DNA from: Oikopleura dioica
Lineage: Eukaryota > Animalia > Chordata
NCBI GenBank assembly: GCA_907165135.1
Contig: OU015566.1
Location: forward strand, 3,472,001-3,536,000
Length of the DNA stretch: 64,000 nt
Direction: 5' to 3'
Under the pieces are notes generated by a model. That model was given only the letters and a program-made list of their open reading frames with translations, searched no databases and was not told where the DNA came from. A program made the position numbers and the translations under genes. Below, in pieces: positions 34,734 to 47,092 of this stretch; position 1 is the first letter of the stretch, and the number at the start of each line of letters is the position of its first letter.

Positions 34734-36218
34734 CTTTGGCTTTTTTCTCTTTTTATTTTCAAATTTCAAATTGCTTTTTTTGTGTAAATTGATGGTTGTT
34801 CAACTCGGCGGTCGGTTTTATTGTCGCTCCATGGGGTCTAGCGCCCTTTTTTCCAGCTGCGTTGAGTCAAGAAAAAATAACTATCGAATTTTCAATCTAT
34901 TCCCGATTGAGATTGAAACTTCGATAATCATGTGTTCTCTGGGAAAGAATAAGGTGCATCTTGCGAGTTGAACATGTTCAGCTGCACGGGGCGGGGATCT
35001 GAAAGATTGGGGCGAGGATGAAGGTGGGAACAATTAGGCAAGATGCGGCTGGTTTCAGATGTTTTTCAGGTGGGCATGTGCAGTTTCCGGATTTTGTAAA
35101 AATGATTATTTTGTTCTGCTTAGATTCGTCTAAAATTTTGAATTTTTGACTCCTTAAATTATTAATAAGGGTTCAGAGTTTCGATAGATTTAACAATAAT
35201 TCAAATTTTTGAGGAAAATCATCACGATTCATGAGGCCTAGCCCCTAAAATAATTATTGAAGGAAACTTTATTTACCCTTACTCTTACTTAGACCTCAAC
35301 CCTTATTCAAGCCCTCACATTTCGTTAGCCATTTGGACAAGGAAAGCCCTAACCCTATTTTTTTGAAAGATATTGAGAAATTAACATTTTACGCGAAATA
35401 ATAAGGGCGTCTCTTTGTTAACATCGAGAAAAAAACCTCTTAATTCTTTAAAAGAATCTTTTCTTGGACAAATTTGATGCATAAGATCAATCTTCCGTTT
35501 AGATTATATGATTCTAGTGATTCTAAATGAGAGGAAGCAAAATTTGATTGACAGCAGCATAAATAATATTCTTGAATCACGACTGTTTGGAGTCAATTAA
35601 CCTTGACACAATTTGATGGAATCGGAAAATCATGGTCCTCGAAGCCTCATTTTTTTGCCATAAAATCAAGAATTATCGTTGTAAAATTGATCATTATCCC
35701 GATTTTTCCTTTTTCCAAAATTTTCATTCTTATTTCCATAAAAATTCGATTTTGAACTTTTTTCGCCGCGAAGGTTTATAAGGTCAGATAATCTTTTGAA
35801 AGCGAAATTACGCTTTCATCATTCGAAATTTCTATTTCTGGAACGTTTTAACGAGCGACTCGTGGCCACTTTTGAAAATTTCAAAGGCCGCCGATCGAAA
35901 CTGACGTTGTAAAATTTTTGAAGTCGAAAAAAACTGGTGATGTTCGTAAATGAGTTTCGGAAGCGTTTTATTCCAAATGTCAAGCGGACACAATTTTCTG
36001 GGCAGCGTCATGTCAAAAATGATGCGATTCGGGGGCGTTTAAAAATCATGAGTTTTCATGAAAAAGATTGAAATGGCGATATTTTCTCATGCAATATTGT
36101 TTTTTATTGAGAGCAACTTTCAAATAATAAATTATTATGAAACTTGAAAAGGTATAAACAGGCAATGCTTCTAGGCAAAAATATCAAAATAAAAATCATT
36201 GAAATTTTTTAGTTTTCT

Positions 36219-38624
36219 TCAGCTTTCGTTTTCTTTTCTTCGAGAAGAGCTTCCTGCTCGCATTCTCGCTGGTAAACGTCGTTCACATCTTCCATTGTTT
36301 GAAGCATTGGTTGTCCCTTCGTCTCTAGAAAAAGGGTTGAGGCACATTTCTTCTTTTTTCTCAAACCTGGCAATGATAATGTCGCCCATCCCGCTAGCAG
36401 CCCACAAATTCCAAAAAATGTATTGGAAAACCATGGGAAAGTGTTATCAAGTCCAAAGACGAGTGGACTGATAGCACCACCGATTCGGCCTCCCGCTGAG
36501 CTGAGACCGACGGCAGTGGCGCGGACGCACGTTGGGTTGAGCTCGGCGGTGTAGATGTAGACGATGGTGAAGGTGGCGGAGGAGCAGAATTTGCCCGCGA
36601 GAGCGAGCCATTTTGCGATTTCCAGGTAGATTTCTTTGCATTCCGCCTAAAATATGCAAAAACGAAGAGGCACATGAACTACCTTTTCGGGAAGAAAACA
36701 ATCCCCATTATGAATTTCCTCGCATCCGGACATCAAACTGAGCACCATCGCCCCAATACAAGCCAAACCACCGGCCACGAATAAAAAGCAAAGCGTTCCT
36801 CTTCTTCCAAAGCGCGAGCCGATCATGAAGGGCGATAAAAATTTTGCCACAGCATCGAAAATTCCACAAAGAGCATTGTTTACGAAGATGTTTCCAGAAA
36901 GGCTTCCAGCGTTCAAACCAAGACTTTTTAAAAATGGTCAGGAAATTCGATAGAATTTGATCTTTTTCGATAAATTTTGTCAAAATTTTGAGGCGAAAAT
37001 TAAAAACTTTGGTCGAAAAAATTGAAAATTTGGTCATTTTCGAAATTTTTCATGGTTCTTTTCGACCCTTTCCCATAGTAAACCATCGAGGTAACAAACC
37101 AATTAAAAAACATCACCACCGTCTTCCATCTCAAGTACGGATTTTTGATCAAATCCGCGATTCCAGCCTTTTCTTCTTCATTGTTCAAGGATTTCAGCTC
37201 AAATTCATTGATCCATTCATCGTCAATAGTTCCACCAGTTTTGGCGGAAATGAGTTTCAAAGTCGCCCGAGCTTCCGAATTCTTTCCTTTCGAGTAAAGC
37301 TAGAATAAGAGAGCTAGAAAGAGAAGGGGGAGGGAAGTGCTTACCCATTTGTAGGAAGAAGGAAGGTAGAAATAAAGCGGGAGGAATGGAAGACCAACTA
37401 GGACGAGTCCAATCTGAACATCGTGCCAGTTTCGGTTGTAGTAGCCGATGATTGATAAAACGACGATTCCAAGCTCAAACAGCTGCAGATGCTGGCAACC
37501 AAGGAATGTTCTAAAAAAAGGATGAAAATCTTGAAGACCAAAAAAGTGGACTTACCTCCATTTAGGCCCAACTTGTTCAATGCAATAAACATAGCTAACC
37601 ACCACACAAGCATGAGCAAAGGCTCCAGCCAAAAATCTCATCAGCGTAAAGCTAACTGGTCCATCGGCCCAGTACAGCAGCAAATTCGTAACCAAACAAA
37701 GAGAATGAGCGAGCATCAGTCCTCGCTTTCGTCCGATAATGTCCGAAATTCGACCAAATCCGAGGGCGCCAACGAGCAAGCCAAGCATGAACAGCGAGGT
37801 CGAAATGGAAGAAGCGGGGAAAAGCGATTCTTCGCAAATCCAGTCAAATCTGAAGAGCGTATTTTGTTTTGATGGATTTGAACGGAGCTAACCTCGAAAC
37901 CACAGTTTCCTGGAAAGTATTATTCGGCGAGTACACAAAGCCATTTTCGCACTTTGCGCACTTTTCCGTCTCAATCAAGTCCAAGCAGCTGGCCGGGTCA
38001 TTAAGGGCGTCGCAGTGGTCGGTCACGTTCGTCAAATCGTACACTCGGCACGGGTTTTGCGGACTTTTGGGAGTTTTCAGAAAGCAAAATTGCGGTGAAA
38101 AAGAGGGCTTTCGAAAACTTTCCTGAGAGAATCAATAAGGGCGTAGTCGGTAGAATTGATTCCTTCTGGAATGCAGCGGTATTCTTCAGGTTTTGCGTTG
38201 AGAATAACACTGGCATTTTGAACCGCGCCTTGAAAATAAGGGTATCACTCTGTTAATTATGATAAGGGCCACGTTCTATTAATTTATTTTCTTGAGCAAG
38301 ATCTTTTTTAATAAAAATTCTGGGCAAAACCAGAAAAAAGAAATGATTTTCTGGATCAGGTTTTTGATTGGTCGGTAGGCGAAATACAGAAATCTTATTG
38401 GCTACTCAAAAAACCACCTCCAATTTTTGGTTTTGTTCAAAAATTTAGACCGATGTATTAATTTTCGCGAGATTTATTTTTAATAAAATAAAATTACCTG
38501 ATAAGATGATCGTATAACTCGAAAAAAGAAGAATGCAAATCTGGTAGCCGGACAAGTGCGGTATCCGACTATAGATTTGGTCGAAGCCTTTCAGTTCCTT
38601 CTCTTTCTTCACATCTTTAGTCAT
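36219..38624 (-). CDS. SLC22 organic cation/anion transporter (MFS)
   Basis: Large first loop with Cys and FQETVVSRFDL; FGRISDIIGRKRG; YCIEQVGPKWR; LIKNPYLRWKTVVMFFNWFVTSMVYYG; SRFGRRG; ELYPTPIRSTA; LPETKG. Confidence 0.9.
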
Positions 38625-39150
38625 CAGAAAGTCCTGCGAATTTCAAAAAGTCTCTGAACGAAAAAATCTAAATTTTTGCCTCCCAAAATCAGATTTTTGG
38701 ATCTTTCTTTTTCGATTCGCGGTCGATTTTATCCAAAAAAAGAGCAGGTATTGTGATAAATCGGCAATGACAAGTTTAAACTAATTGGATCGTAAAAATG
38801 ATTTTCAGACACTAAGAGTTCACTTTTGCTTAAAAATACCGATAAGTGATCCCCCTCTTTTATTTTTCTAAAGAATTCGGGAAAAAGGGCGACAGCTGTT
38901 CTCTCTTAAATAATAATAACTGAAAGGTTGTGCATTGGTTGCTGCAAATGGACCCGTGAGAAAGAGCGATGATAGAAGCATGCTGGGCGATAAGCTTCGC
39001 ACAGACTCATGATTTAAACTGCCAAGTTCAAATGCATCTAACGTCAGTTCTCGGCTGTTAACACTATTTATGATTGAAAGTTTTTCTTCATAAAAATGAT
39101 TTTTTGTTCAAAAAACGAACCTTTTTTCTGCTTGAAAATGTCAACCTGGA

Positions 39151-40370
39151 TCACAAGAACTCTTCTTTGTCTCTCTTTGTGTTCGGTTTGTCACGTAGAG
39201 GAATTTGAAAAGTTGAAAACAAGGAATTCAAGTCTGAGCTCGATGAATTGGCACTCGTGATTTTCTAGGAAAAATAGGAGGGGCCACTAATTTGATCATA
39301 ATAAGACTGAGTTCCCGACAACCTCCGGGCTATTCAACAACTTCATTATGAATTTTATCTATCATGTCGTTGTGAATAAAAAAAAATTTGGTCAAAATTT
39401 CGACCAATCAGATCATCGCATTTTGTTGGTGGGCCAATCAGATTAACAATAAAATTGTCAAAAAATTCCAGTTTTTCGACTCGAGGCGCCAAAAAGTAGG
39501 CTTAAAAAAAGTTAAGAAAGAAGGCTCAATGTGTTCATTTTTATCCCTGAGATGGTCATTTTATACCTTGTTTGTTCTCAAACCAAATGCTTAGTCTTGT
39601 TCACCTCATAATTCCGCATAAATAAGCGTCATCTTGTGATGCATTATTTTCGAATCAAATAAAATAGAACGGACCGATGCTAGATTGCAATGTCTACTTT
39701 TGTACATCAATCAAATTTTGGGCTAGTTTTGATTACGGTAAAGACTCAGCGCTAGAATCTTCAAAGAGAAATGATTCAATTCGCTTAATTTAATCTCAAC
39801 ATTGATACGTCTCATGTTTTGACTTGCGTACTATTCTAGTTATTCGCCGCGCAAGATTTTTTGAAAAAATAGACCAATCAGAAGTGGCTAGATTTTGCTT
39901 AGCTCAATAGACTGAGCTGAGCTATCTGAGCTGAGGTCGAAATTGAGCTAGCTGAGCTGAGCTGGCTCTTTTCGAAGAACCATTGAGCTGAGCTGAGCTG
40001 GGTTTTTTTCAGAAAAATTGAGCTGAGCTGAGCTTAGCTGAGCTGACCTTCACCTCAAAATTGCTGAGCTGAGCTGAGCTGTAGTTCAGCTAGCTCAACT
40101 CAGCTAGCTCATAAAATTTGCAATTCTGCCACTTACCCAGACCCCTGCTTGGCTACGATCCTTGATTGTTGTCTCATGAAACTAGAGCCAATTATCCAAA
40201 AACACAAATACTTGAATTTATACCGTAAACTCCTGACTGGCCCAAATCGAGGTTTTGAGTTCGAGAATGCAAACTTTTCGTCTTTCCGTTTCTCCTTGCG
40301 CCAAAGGATCAAAAATATAAGAAGTCCTTTGGATTGTTTACTTTATAAACATATATGGCTTTATTTTTCA
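39151..40370 (-). CDS. Putative uncharacterised multi-exon gene; model uncertain
   Basis: Exon-like pieces FDPLAQGETERRKVCILELKTSIWASQEFT / FHETTIKDRSQAGVW (GT-AG joined) and KITSANSSSSDLNSLFSTFQIPLRDKPNTKRDKEEFL*. Confidence 0.3.
39890..40110. repeat. CTGAG-rich pentamer repeat (AGCTG)n
   Basis: GAGCTGAGCTGAGCT runs. Confidence 0.75.
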
Positions 40371-40630
40371 TAAATTGAGCCTGGTCTTAAATTCGTACTT
40401 GGAAATAAAATAAAATCGGACGACTATTTCGCACTGTCTATTTTTAACCTCCATTTGGGCTCTTTTTTGAGAAGCAAGAAAGTGATCATTTTTTAATCAT
40501 TATTTTCATATTGATTTATTTAAGATTTTTGAAGCAGTAAATAATTACTTGTTGCAGTAAATACAGTATAGCAGGCACGGCAAAGATAACACCTTATCAT
40601 GATTTTCCTTTATCATCATTTTGATGGATT

Positions 40631-41077
40631 CTAGAGCTCATAAAGCATGCTGTCGCCGACTTTCACGATCTTTGGGTTGTAGTTTTCGAAGCCTTGTACA
40701 CTCTAAAATAACAAAATAAATATTTTTATCGCTCAAAATTATATAAATAATATTTGCTCGGCATTCTCAATTGCTAATTTTGACCAATAAGAAGCCCGAA
40801 ATCGGCTTTATTTTTTATAATTAGCCAAAAATGAGCTTCTATTGGTCAAAAATTAGCATAAAAATAGTCAATTAAAGATTTAAGCGTCTCGAAAATGCCT
40901 TTAGAAATAATAAACCGTAAAAATCGATCAAAAACTCACCATTTCAAGTCTGTCGAGTTTCTCATAAGCATAATTGATGCTTTTCGAATCTAGTCCGGTC
41001 GATTTCAGGAGTCTCAGCAGCGTGATTTGCTCCTCTGTCATGCCATCTGTGGCTCTTCCTCCTTTCATCGGCATCAT
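40631..41077 (-). CDS. 69-aa protein consisting of an HNF1/HMBOX1-type N-terminal dimerisation (HNF-p1-like) region without a homeodomain
   Basis: Exon 1 MMPMKGGRATDGMTEEQITLLRLLKSTGLDSKSINYAYEKLDRLEM joins through a GTGAG..TTTTAG intron to exon 2 SVQGFENYNPKIVKVGDSMLYEL*. It resembles the HMBOX1 N-terminus as recalled (TIEQIDLLQRLRRTGM...LETLDRL). Confidence 0.6.
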
Positions 41078-41314
41078 ACTATTAAAAAGCATATTTTTTT
41101 TATCTCCAACTCTTTCTTTTTTTCGTTTTTTTTGTAGTGAATTTCTAGCAAACCCGCCGATTTTATGTCTGATTTTTCGCCAATTCTAGCGCCGCTTGCG
41201 AAACGCGATTTTACTTTGTTTCGTTTCCAAACAAGTCCAATTTTTTCTCATCTCGGCGAGTCTATTATTGGAGAACATGCTTAATTCGCGGAGCTTTGGT
41301 AAAACAAGACCATG

Positions 41315-42264
41315 TTAAACAAAGACCTCCAAATAAATAAAGATGTACGCTACAAGTAAGACGAAGATTACGAGCAAAAGGCTCAACCAAGTGCGGATTG
41401 AGTTGATTTCGCCGGTAAGGAATGATTAAACTGAACCTTTTATTCAAAATTTAAAGGAAAGTCTAGGCTAAGCTAGCTTTGCTCAGAGGAGCACTTAGCT
41501 AAGCAAAGCTGAGCTCTCTTTCTTTATACATGAGATAAGCTAGCTAAGCCAAATCAAAACTATCAAATCTGAGCTAAGCTTTGCTAAGCTAGATTTATTA
41601 TCCATCCCAAGCTCAGCTGAGTCCAGCCAATTTGGCTTAGTCAAGCTAAGATAAGTTTAAAATGAATCCGAGCTCATTTCCGTTTACGAATTATTTGTAA
41701 GCATTTCATACTCAGTAGAGCTTAGCCTTATCAAGCTTAGCGTTACTCAGCTTAGCTCACAAATTCTTTTGAAAGCTAAGTCTATTTGGCTAAGAATAGC
41801 TTAGTCCTCCAGATAAATTGAATTCTTATGTTAGCTAGAATAAGTTTGCGGCTTAGCTAGCTAAGCTCGAAATTTAACTGCTCTCATATTCAAGATGCCA
41901 GATTCAAATCATAAAAGCTAAATTTTCGGTCACTCAGAGTTTTCACCGTATTTCCGTCATTTATGTCAAAACAATTTTTCAATTCATGGAGCAATGCAAA
42001 AATAGAGAAAATGTTTTCTTGTTTTCACTCAAGTACCGAAATTATTTTGAGTAAATATGATAAGAATTGGAATGACGATATTCTGGGCCTTTAATTCTTA
42101 GGGCTACCCGGTTCATTTCCGTAGAAAAAACGTTTGTTCAAAGTACCGAGTATCAACTTAGGGATGAACTTTTTATTAGAAAGAGTAGGAAAAAGGAAAA
42201 ATTATATTTGCAGAATAATATCATCGTCCAGCATCATCGGAATCTCCTCGCTCAAGTCCTGCAT
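41315..42264 (-). CDS. Possible small tail-anchored membrane protein
   Basis: A terminal exon reads SFLTGEINSIRTWLSLLLVIFVLLVAYIFIYLEVFV*; a candidate first exon reads MQDLSEEIPMMLDDDILF. The splicing between them is unresolved. Confidence 0.3.
41460..41880. repeat. CTAAG/CTGAG-rich intronic repeat
   Basis: Repeated GCTAAGCTAGC and CTTAGC motifs. Confidence 0.7.
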
Positions 42265-43017
42265 TGTTTCGTTCAGATACGTGACTTTTTCGAGGTACAA
42301 AAAAGAATATTTTATACATTTAAAATAATTAAAAGGCCCTTATAGTCTATAAGTTTAAGATTTTTCGAGATTTTCCATAATTTATCTTTTTATTTGAAAA
42401 TATCTTCTTTTGCTCTCGGCATATTCAATTAAAAAAAATTTCAAAACTTAAGGGTATCCGAGTGATATTTTTGTTGGAAAAATGAAAATTGCGGCAGCAA
42501 AACTAATCTTACGCGAAATACTCTTCTTCTCTTCTGCTTGATTCGAGTCGAATAACGGTCATTTTTAAGTCATTTTTAGGTCATTTTAGGGTTTCACTCC
42601 GATATTCAATTTTCAAATAATTGACTTTTGAGTTCCTTAATCCTCGTTTAGAGATAGTTAATTGTTCAATAAAAAACTGGGTCATGATTATTAATTAATC
42701 CAAAATTGTCAATTTTTAATTGATAAAAAACATGGTCCAAGTTGTCTTTTAGTATTAATTTGATTATAAAACTTCCACCTAAAATTATCACTTCGTTCAC
42801 GTATACGATCACGATTTACCCTAGTTGGAACGGTTAAAAATAGACACGGCCCAGTTGCGCCGGCTCAACTCGCGAATTGCATTTGTTTAGCAGCAACAAA
42901 AGGACAAGCCATTACTTTTTTTGGTGAAATCATGCATCTCGCTTGTGTTCATCATAAATTGGCAAAATATTCTTGCGCAAGAAATGCGCTCAATCGAAGC
43001 GCATGATCATGAGTTAG

Positions 43018-45905
43018 TTAAAGAGAATAATTTAATCTCGTTCCTAAAAGCTTCTGGAGTTGCCCGAACTCGGCGCGGTAAGTTGTGTTGATCTTCCAGC
43101 AGTGGGTTAAGGCTTTGTAGACTTTTTCGGATCAAAAAAATGAATAAGGGAAAAATCAAAAAAAATTTTTATATTTTTTTAACGAAAATTTTTTCTTAAA
43201 ATTTTGACACCCTTATTTTGCCTCTTATTTTCAGATCCCGGCCTTGTCTGCTCATACTTTCCGGTCTTGGAGGAACCTGACCCCTGTCGATCGATGTCAA
43301 AATGTCATTCCAGCAGCGACAGTAGCCATAGGGAGTCTGGCCTCGAGTGAACATCTCCCAAACAGTGCAAGCGAAGGACCAGACATCGGAATTCGAAGTG
43401 AACTCCATCGCTCTCAGCGTTTCTGGAGCAAGCCAGTACATAAAGTCTAGAAAAAAAGGATGAGGAGGCAGAAATTGATCATTTTGACCAAAATTTTGGT
43501 CGAATTGAAAAATTTTTTTGCTTACCTCGGATTAATTCATCACCGAGTCGTTCGTGAATGTATTCGAATTCGCGGATACTCTTGATATACGCAATTTTCA
43601 CCTTCAAAAACCATCAAAAAATTCGCCAAAAATAAACAAAACCTGAAGATCAGGAGTCAGCATAAGCGTCAAGCATCGTAATTCTCGCATGACAATTCCG
43701 TAATCCGAGAGAACCTTCATCGCGGAAACAAGTTCTAAAAATATATCAACCAAAAACACTCGCTCTTGTAAATTACCAGTGACGAATCCAAAAACCATTC
43801 GGTAGGTGACTTTATTTTTCGGGTCCACCAAGTAGCTTAGAACTGATTGTTGGACGACGCCTTTTTCAGAGTTTCAAAATTTTATCCTGCCTTAGCAAAA
43901 CTTAGCCCTTCTAAGTATCTTCTTCTGTGTTTAGCTTAGCCAAGCTTAGGTAAACTAAGAAGAGTTTCAAAATTTATTTTTTGCTAAGCAAAACTTAGCC
44001 CTTCTTATCTTCTTCTTAACCAAGCTTAGCAAAGCTTAGCTAAGCTGAGCCTACTTTTAACTTGTCTTCTAAAGCTGGCCTTTAAGACCAGGGCTAAGCT
44101 AAGATAAGCTTAGTCTTCCTAGAAATGCGCTAAGCAGAGCTAAGCTTGCTTAGCTAGGAAAATAATCAAATATAGTCAAGTTTTTTAAAAACTCTCCTTC
44201 ATAGACATAAACAGGAATATCGTAGTCGTCCATAAAAATGTACTTGACATGGAGATATGCCCGATGGTTGATGTTTCGCGAAGCTTTGGCGCTCTGGAAC
44301 ATGCTTTTTGTCAACTAAAAAGGATGATTTTGGAGATAGAAAAGGGATGAAAAACCTTGATTCGATTCACCGGATCTCGTTTGATACGATCTCTCTCTTC
44401 GTCATTCCAAGTTAGGGACCAGAAAACCGGCTGGCCGACGAAATTGCCGGACATGATTCGAATTCTGAAAATAGGTTGAAAATTTTGAGAAGGGAAAGCT
44501 TAAATTTTACCCATAAGAAGTGTCAGAAAGTCGACAAAGTTGTTGATTTTCAATGTTCATTTTCTTCACATAAAAAAGGTCAATGTTCTTTTGTGGAATA
44601 AACTCCTCAATTCTCTTCGGCAACCTGACTTTGCCACGATTATGGACGGATCCGTAAAACGCAGCGCTGTGAGTTGCTTGTGGAGCTTTCATTTCTACGA
44701 ATTTTCGGCGGACGAAGCCTTTTACTGTCACATCCGCGATTCGCTTCAGACTTGTTCGTTCGACGAAGAAAAGGAAGAAGGTTGGGATGTACATTACTTG
44801 GAAAACAAGCAGCGTAACAGTCAAATATCCATTCATGAAGAGCCAGATGAGAATAAATTGCAGCAAAATGCAACAAGTCGACGTCGCCATCAGCGAAAAA
44901 AGATGCGAAATGACGACGATTCCTCGCTCGTGAAAACCAGTAATCGCCATTCGCTGAAAAGCCAACCAGATTGTCCCGCAAAGAACTAGAATTTCTTTTC
45001 TTGTTTCAAAAACGATCAACTTACGTCCAACATTGAGAAATTCAAGAACAACGGACGCGACGCAAAAGTAAATCAGCAAATTGCTTTCCATAACTCGGAA
45101 GAAGCCCCACTCGCCCTCGGGCGCGCAGCCATCGATGGAAGGAAATTTGCTGGTGAAACATTGCCGCGGGGCTGTGAGAGTACTGTTGCTTCCGGCGACG
45201 AGGTCAGGGATCCGGGAGAGGCAGAGGAAGACATTCAGCATTTGAACCACGTGAATAAGCAGCGCTGCAAAAATAAGGGCGTCAATAGCTTATCTTTCAA
45301 AGAATGCCGATTACCTGGTAGAATAGGGAGCAGTGCAAAGTATTTGCCCGACATTGGAATTCTGACAAGATCGATGTTGTATTTATCGATGTCTTCCGCC
45401 TGTCCTCTTCGGCACTCTTCCTCAAAATCCTTTCTTTCTTGGTCGAAGTTGTTGAAGTACGCAGAAAGCCGGATGGCGTAGCAAACTTGGAAGTAACAAA
45501 CGGGAACGAGGACCATGATGACAACGAGGAGTTTCGAGCTCGGGTAGCAGAGGCAGCCGGGGATGAGCTCGAAAAAGTCGATGAAAAAGAAGAGGCCGCC
45601 GATGACGCCGCAGGCGATGGACATGACGACCGCGCCATTGTAGGTTCTACGACTGAACTTGTCAAGAGATGAGTCAAATGAGGATTAAGGAGGGATATCG
45701 GTGAATATTTTTCTTCATCCTTTTTTCATCTCGATTCCTGAACATTTTGTCGGTTGCAAATGACCAGCGTGTATCTCTCAATCAAAACCCTCTTCATATA
45801 ATAAGGCAATTTATGCTTCCAAAAATACATCAAAAACATCAAATTCACCAACAAAAAGGGAATTATCATTGAAGCAGCTAGAAACTCCGAGCTTGTGATT
45901 TTCAT
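43018..45905 (-). CDS. Multi-pass (~7-8 TM) membrane protein fused to a C-terminal tyrosine-kinase-fold pseudokinase domain
   Basis: TM exons span 45905-44511. A 46-bp GT-AG intron (44465-44510) joins ...LSDTSYG in frame to IRIMSGNFVGQPVFW, followed by FQSAKASRNINHRAYL..VYVYE, GIVMRELRCLTLML, VKIAYI, YWLAPETL..FTSNSDVWSFACTVWEMFTRGQTPY and HCWKINTTYRAEF. The 5' start is uncertain. Confidence 0.8.
43890..44165. repeat. CTAAG-rich intronic repeat
   Basis: GCTTAGCTAAGCTGAGC motifs fill a GA-AG intron of the pseudokinase gene. Confidence 0.7.
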
Positions 45906-46319
45906 GTTGTAGCTAGAATTATTTCTCGGAGAAAAATCTTTTGGGTAGATAGAAAATACGAGCAAATTGGACAGGAAGCACTGGAATTTCGATTTATTGA
46001 TGACAAGTGGGGAAAAATTTTTACCAGGGTACTCGATCAATATCCGACTCTGAAAATAGATTAATTTCTATTTCAAAGAATATGATCGTAAGCAACAACC
46101 CTAAATACCAATTACAACATAATTTTATTTAAAAAAATCCCGAATTTCTATTTCGAAATCATCATTCTTGTCAGACCAACCGCATCGCCCCTGGGGCCAC
46201 CCCTGATGATCGATCATTTTGTTTCAAGATAAAATACATCTGCTGTTGTCTCCGGCCGGTTTTTAAGATCGGCGTATTTTTCAGTCTTGCCAACGAAGGA
46301 GAGAGAAAAGCGAAAGAAA

Positions 46320-46856
46320 ATGGCAAAAGTAAGTAATTTTAAACTAAAAATCTATCAGAAACAATAATTTTTCAATAAATATTTTCAAGACTGCGATCAT
46401 CACTGGGAGCTCTCGTGGTATTGGTGCTGCTTCAGCGATTCTGTTTGCGAAGAAAGGATTCAATGTCGTCCTCCAAGGCCGAAACAAGGAAAAACTCCAA
46501 GGAATCAAGGAAGAGTGCGAAAAAGCCGGAGCTGCAGGAGTTTTGGTCGTTGAACTGGAGCTTTCCAATCACGCTGGTTTGTTGATTTTTTGATTAAAAA
46601 TGATTATGTTAAGATCTTCCTCGATTGGTCGAGGAAACTATCGACGAATTCGGCGGGCTGGATGTCCTAGTCAACAATGCCGGCATGGGCTGCTTCGCCA
46701 ATCTGGAAGAAGTGACTGGAGAAATGATGGACTTGATTTTGGGCGTCAACGTCAAGGCGCCAATTTTGATCTCAAAAGCAGCAATGCCGCATTTAAAGAA
46801 ATCGAGAGGGGCCATTGTTAACGTCTCTTCCCTCGCGTCTCATGTTCGAAGCAACA
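46320..46856 (+). pseudogene. SDR copy A: 5' three exons only (truncated duplicate or alternative 5' cassette)
   Basis: MAK|TAIITGSSRGIGAA...LDVLVNNAG...GAIVNVSS is present, but no YxxxK exon occurs before copy B begins. Confidence 0.7.
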
Positions 46857-47092
46857 GTAAGTTACCGTATTGAACTGCCAAAAGACTATTTGGAAGATCA
46901 AGTCAGGCCTTTATAAAGCGATTTTTGGTCTTTTATGTCCTTGAATATGTCCTTGAGAACGAGGTATTTTTTGACCTCGAGTTGCTGACCTGCATCAAAT
47001 AACTGTAGTTTTTGTGTTTGCCCTTGTCATACAGACTAGTTCGCCCCGGAATTTTTCAATTTTCGGAAAAAAGATCATTTTTGCGAAGAAAA

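Noticed and set aside
34980-36190. Intergenic region between the MS4A-like and SLC22 genes
   Set aside because: No convincing ORF, TIR pair or RNA gene was recognised by eye.
44454-44454. ATG as the start of an independent kinase gene
   Set aside because: The upstream in-frame 46-bp GT-AG intron, and glycine-loop-like sequence straddling the junction, favour fusion; independence remains only as the refuting alternative.
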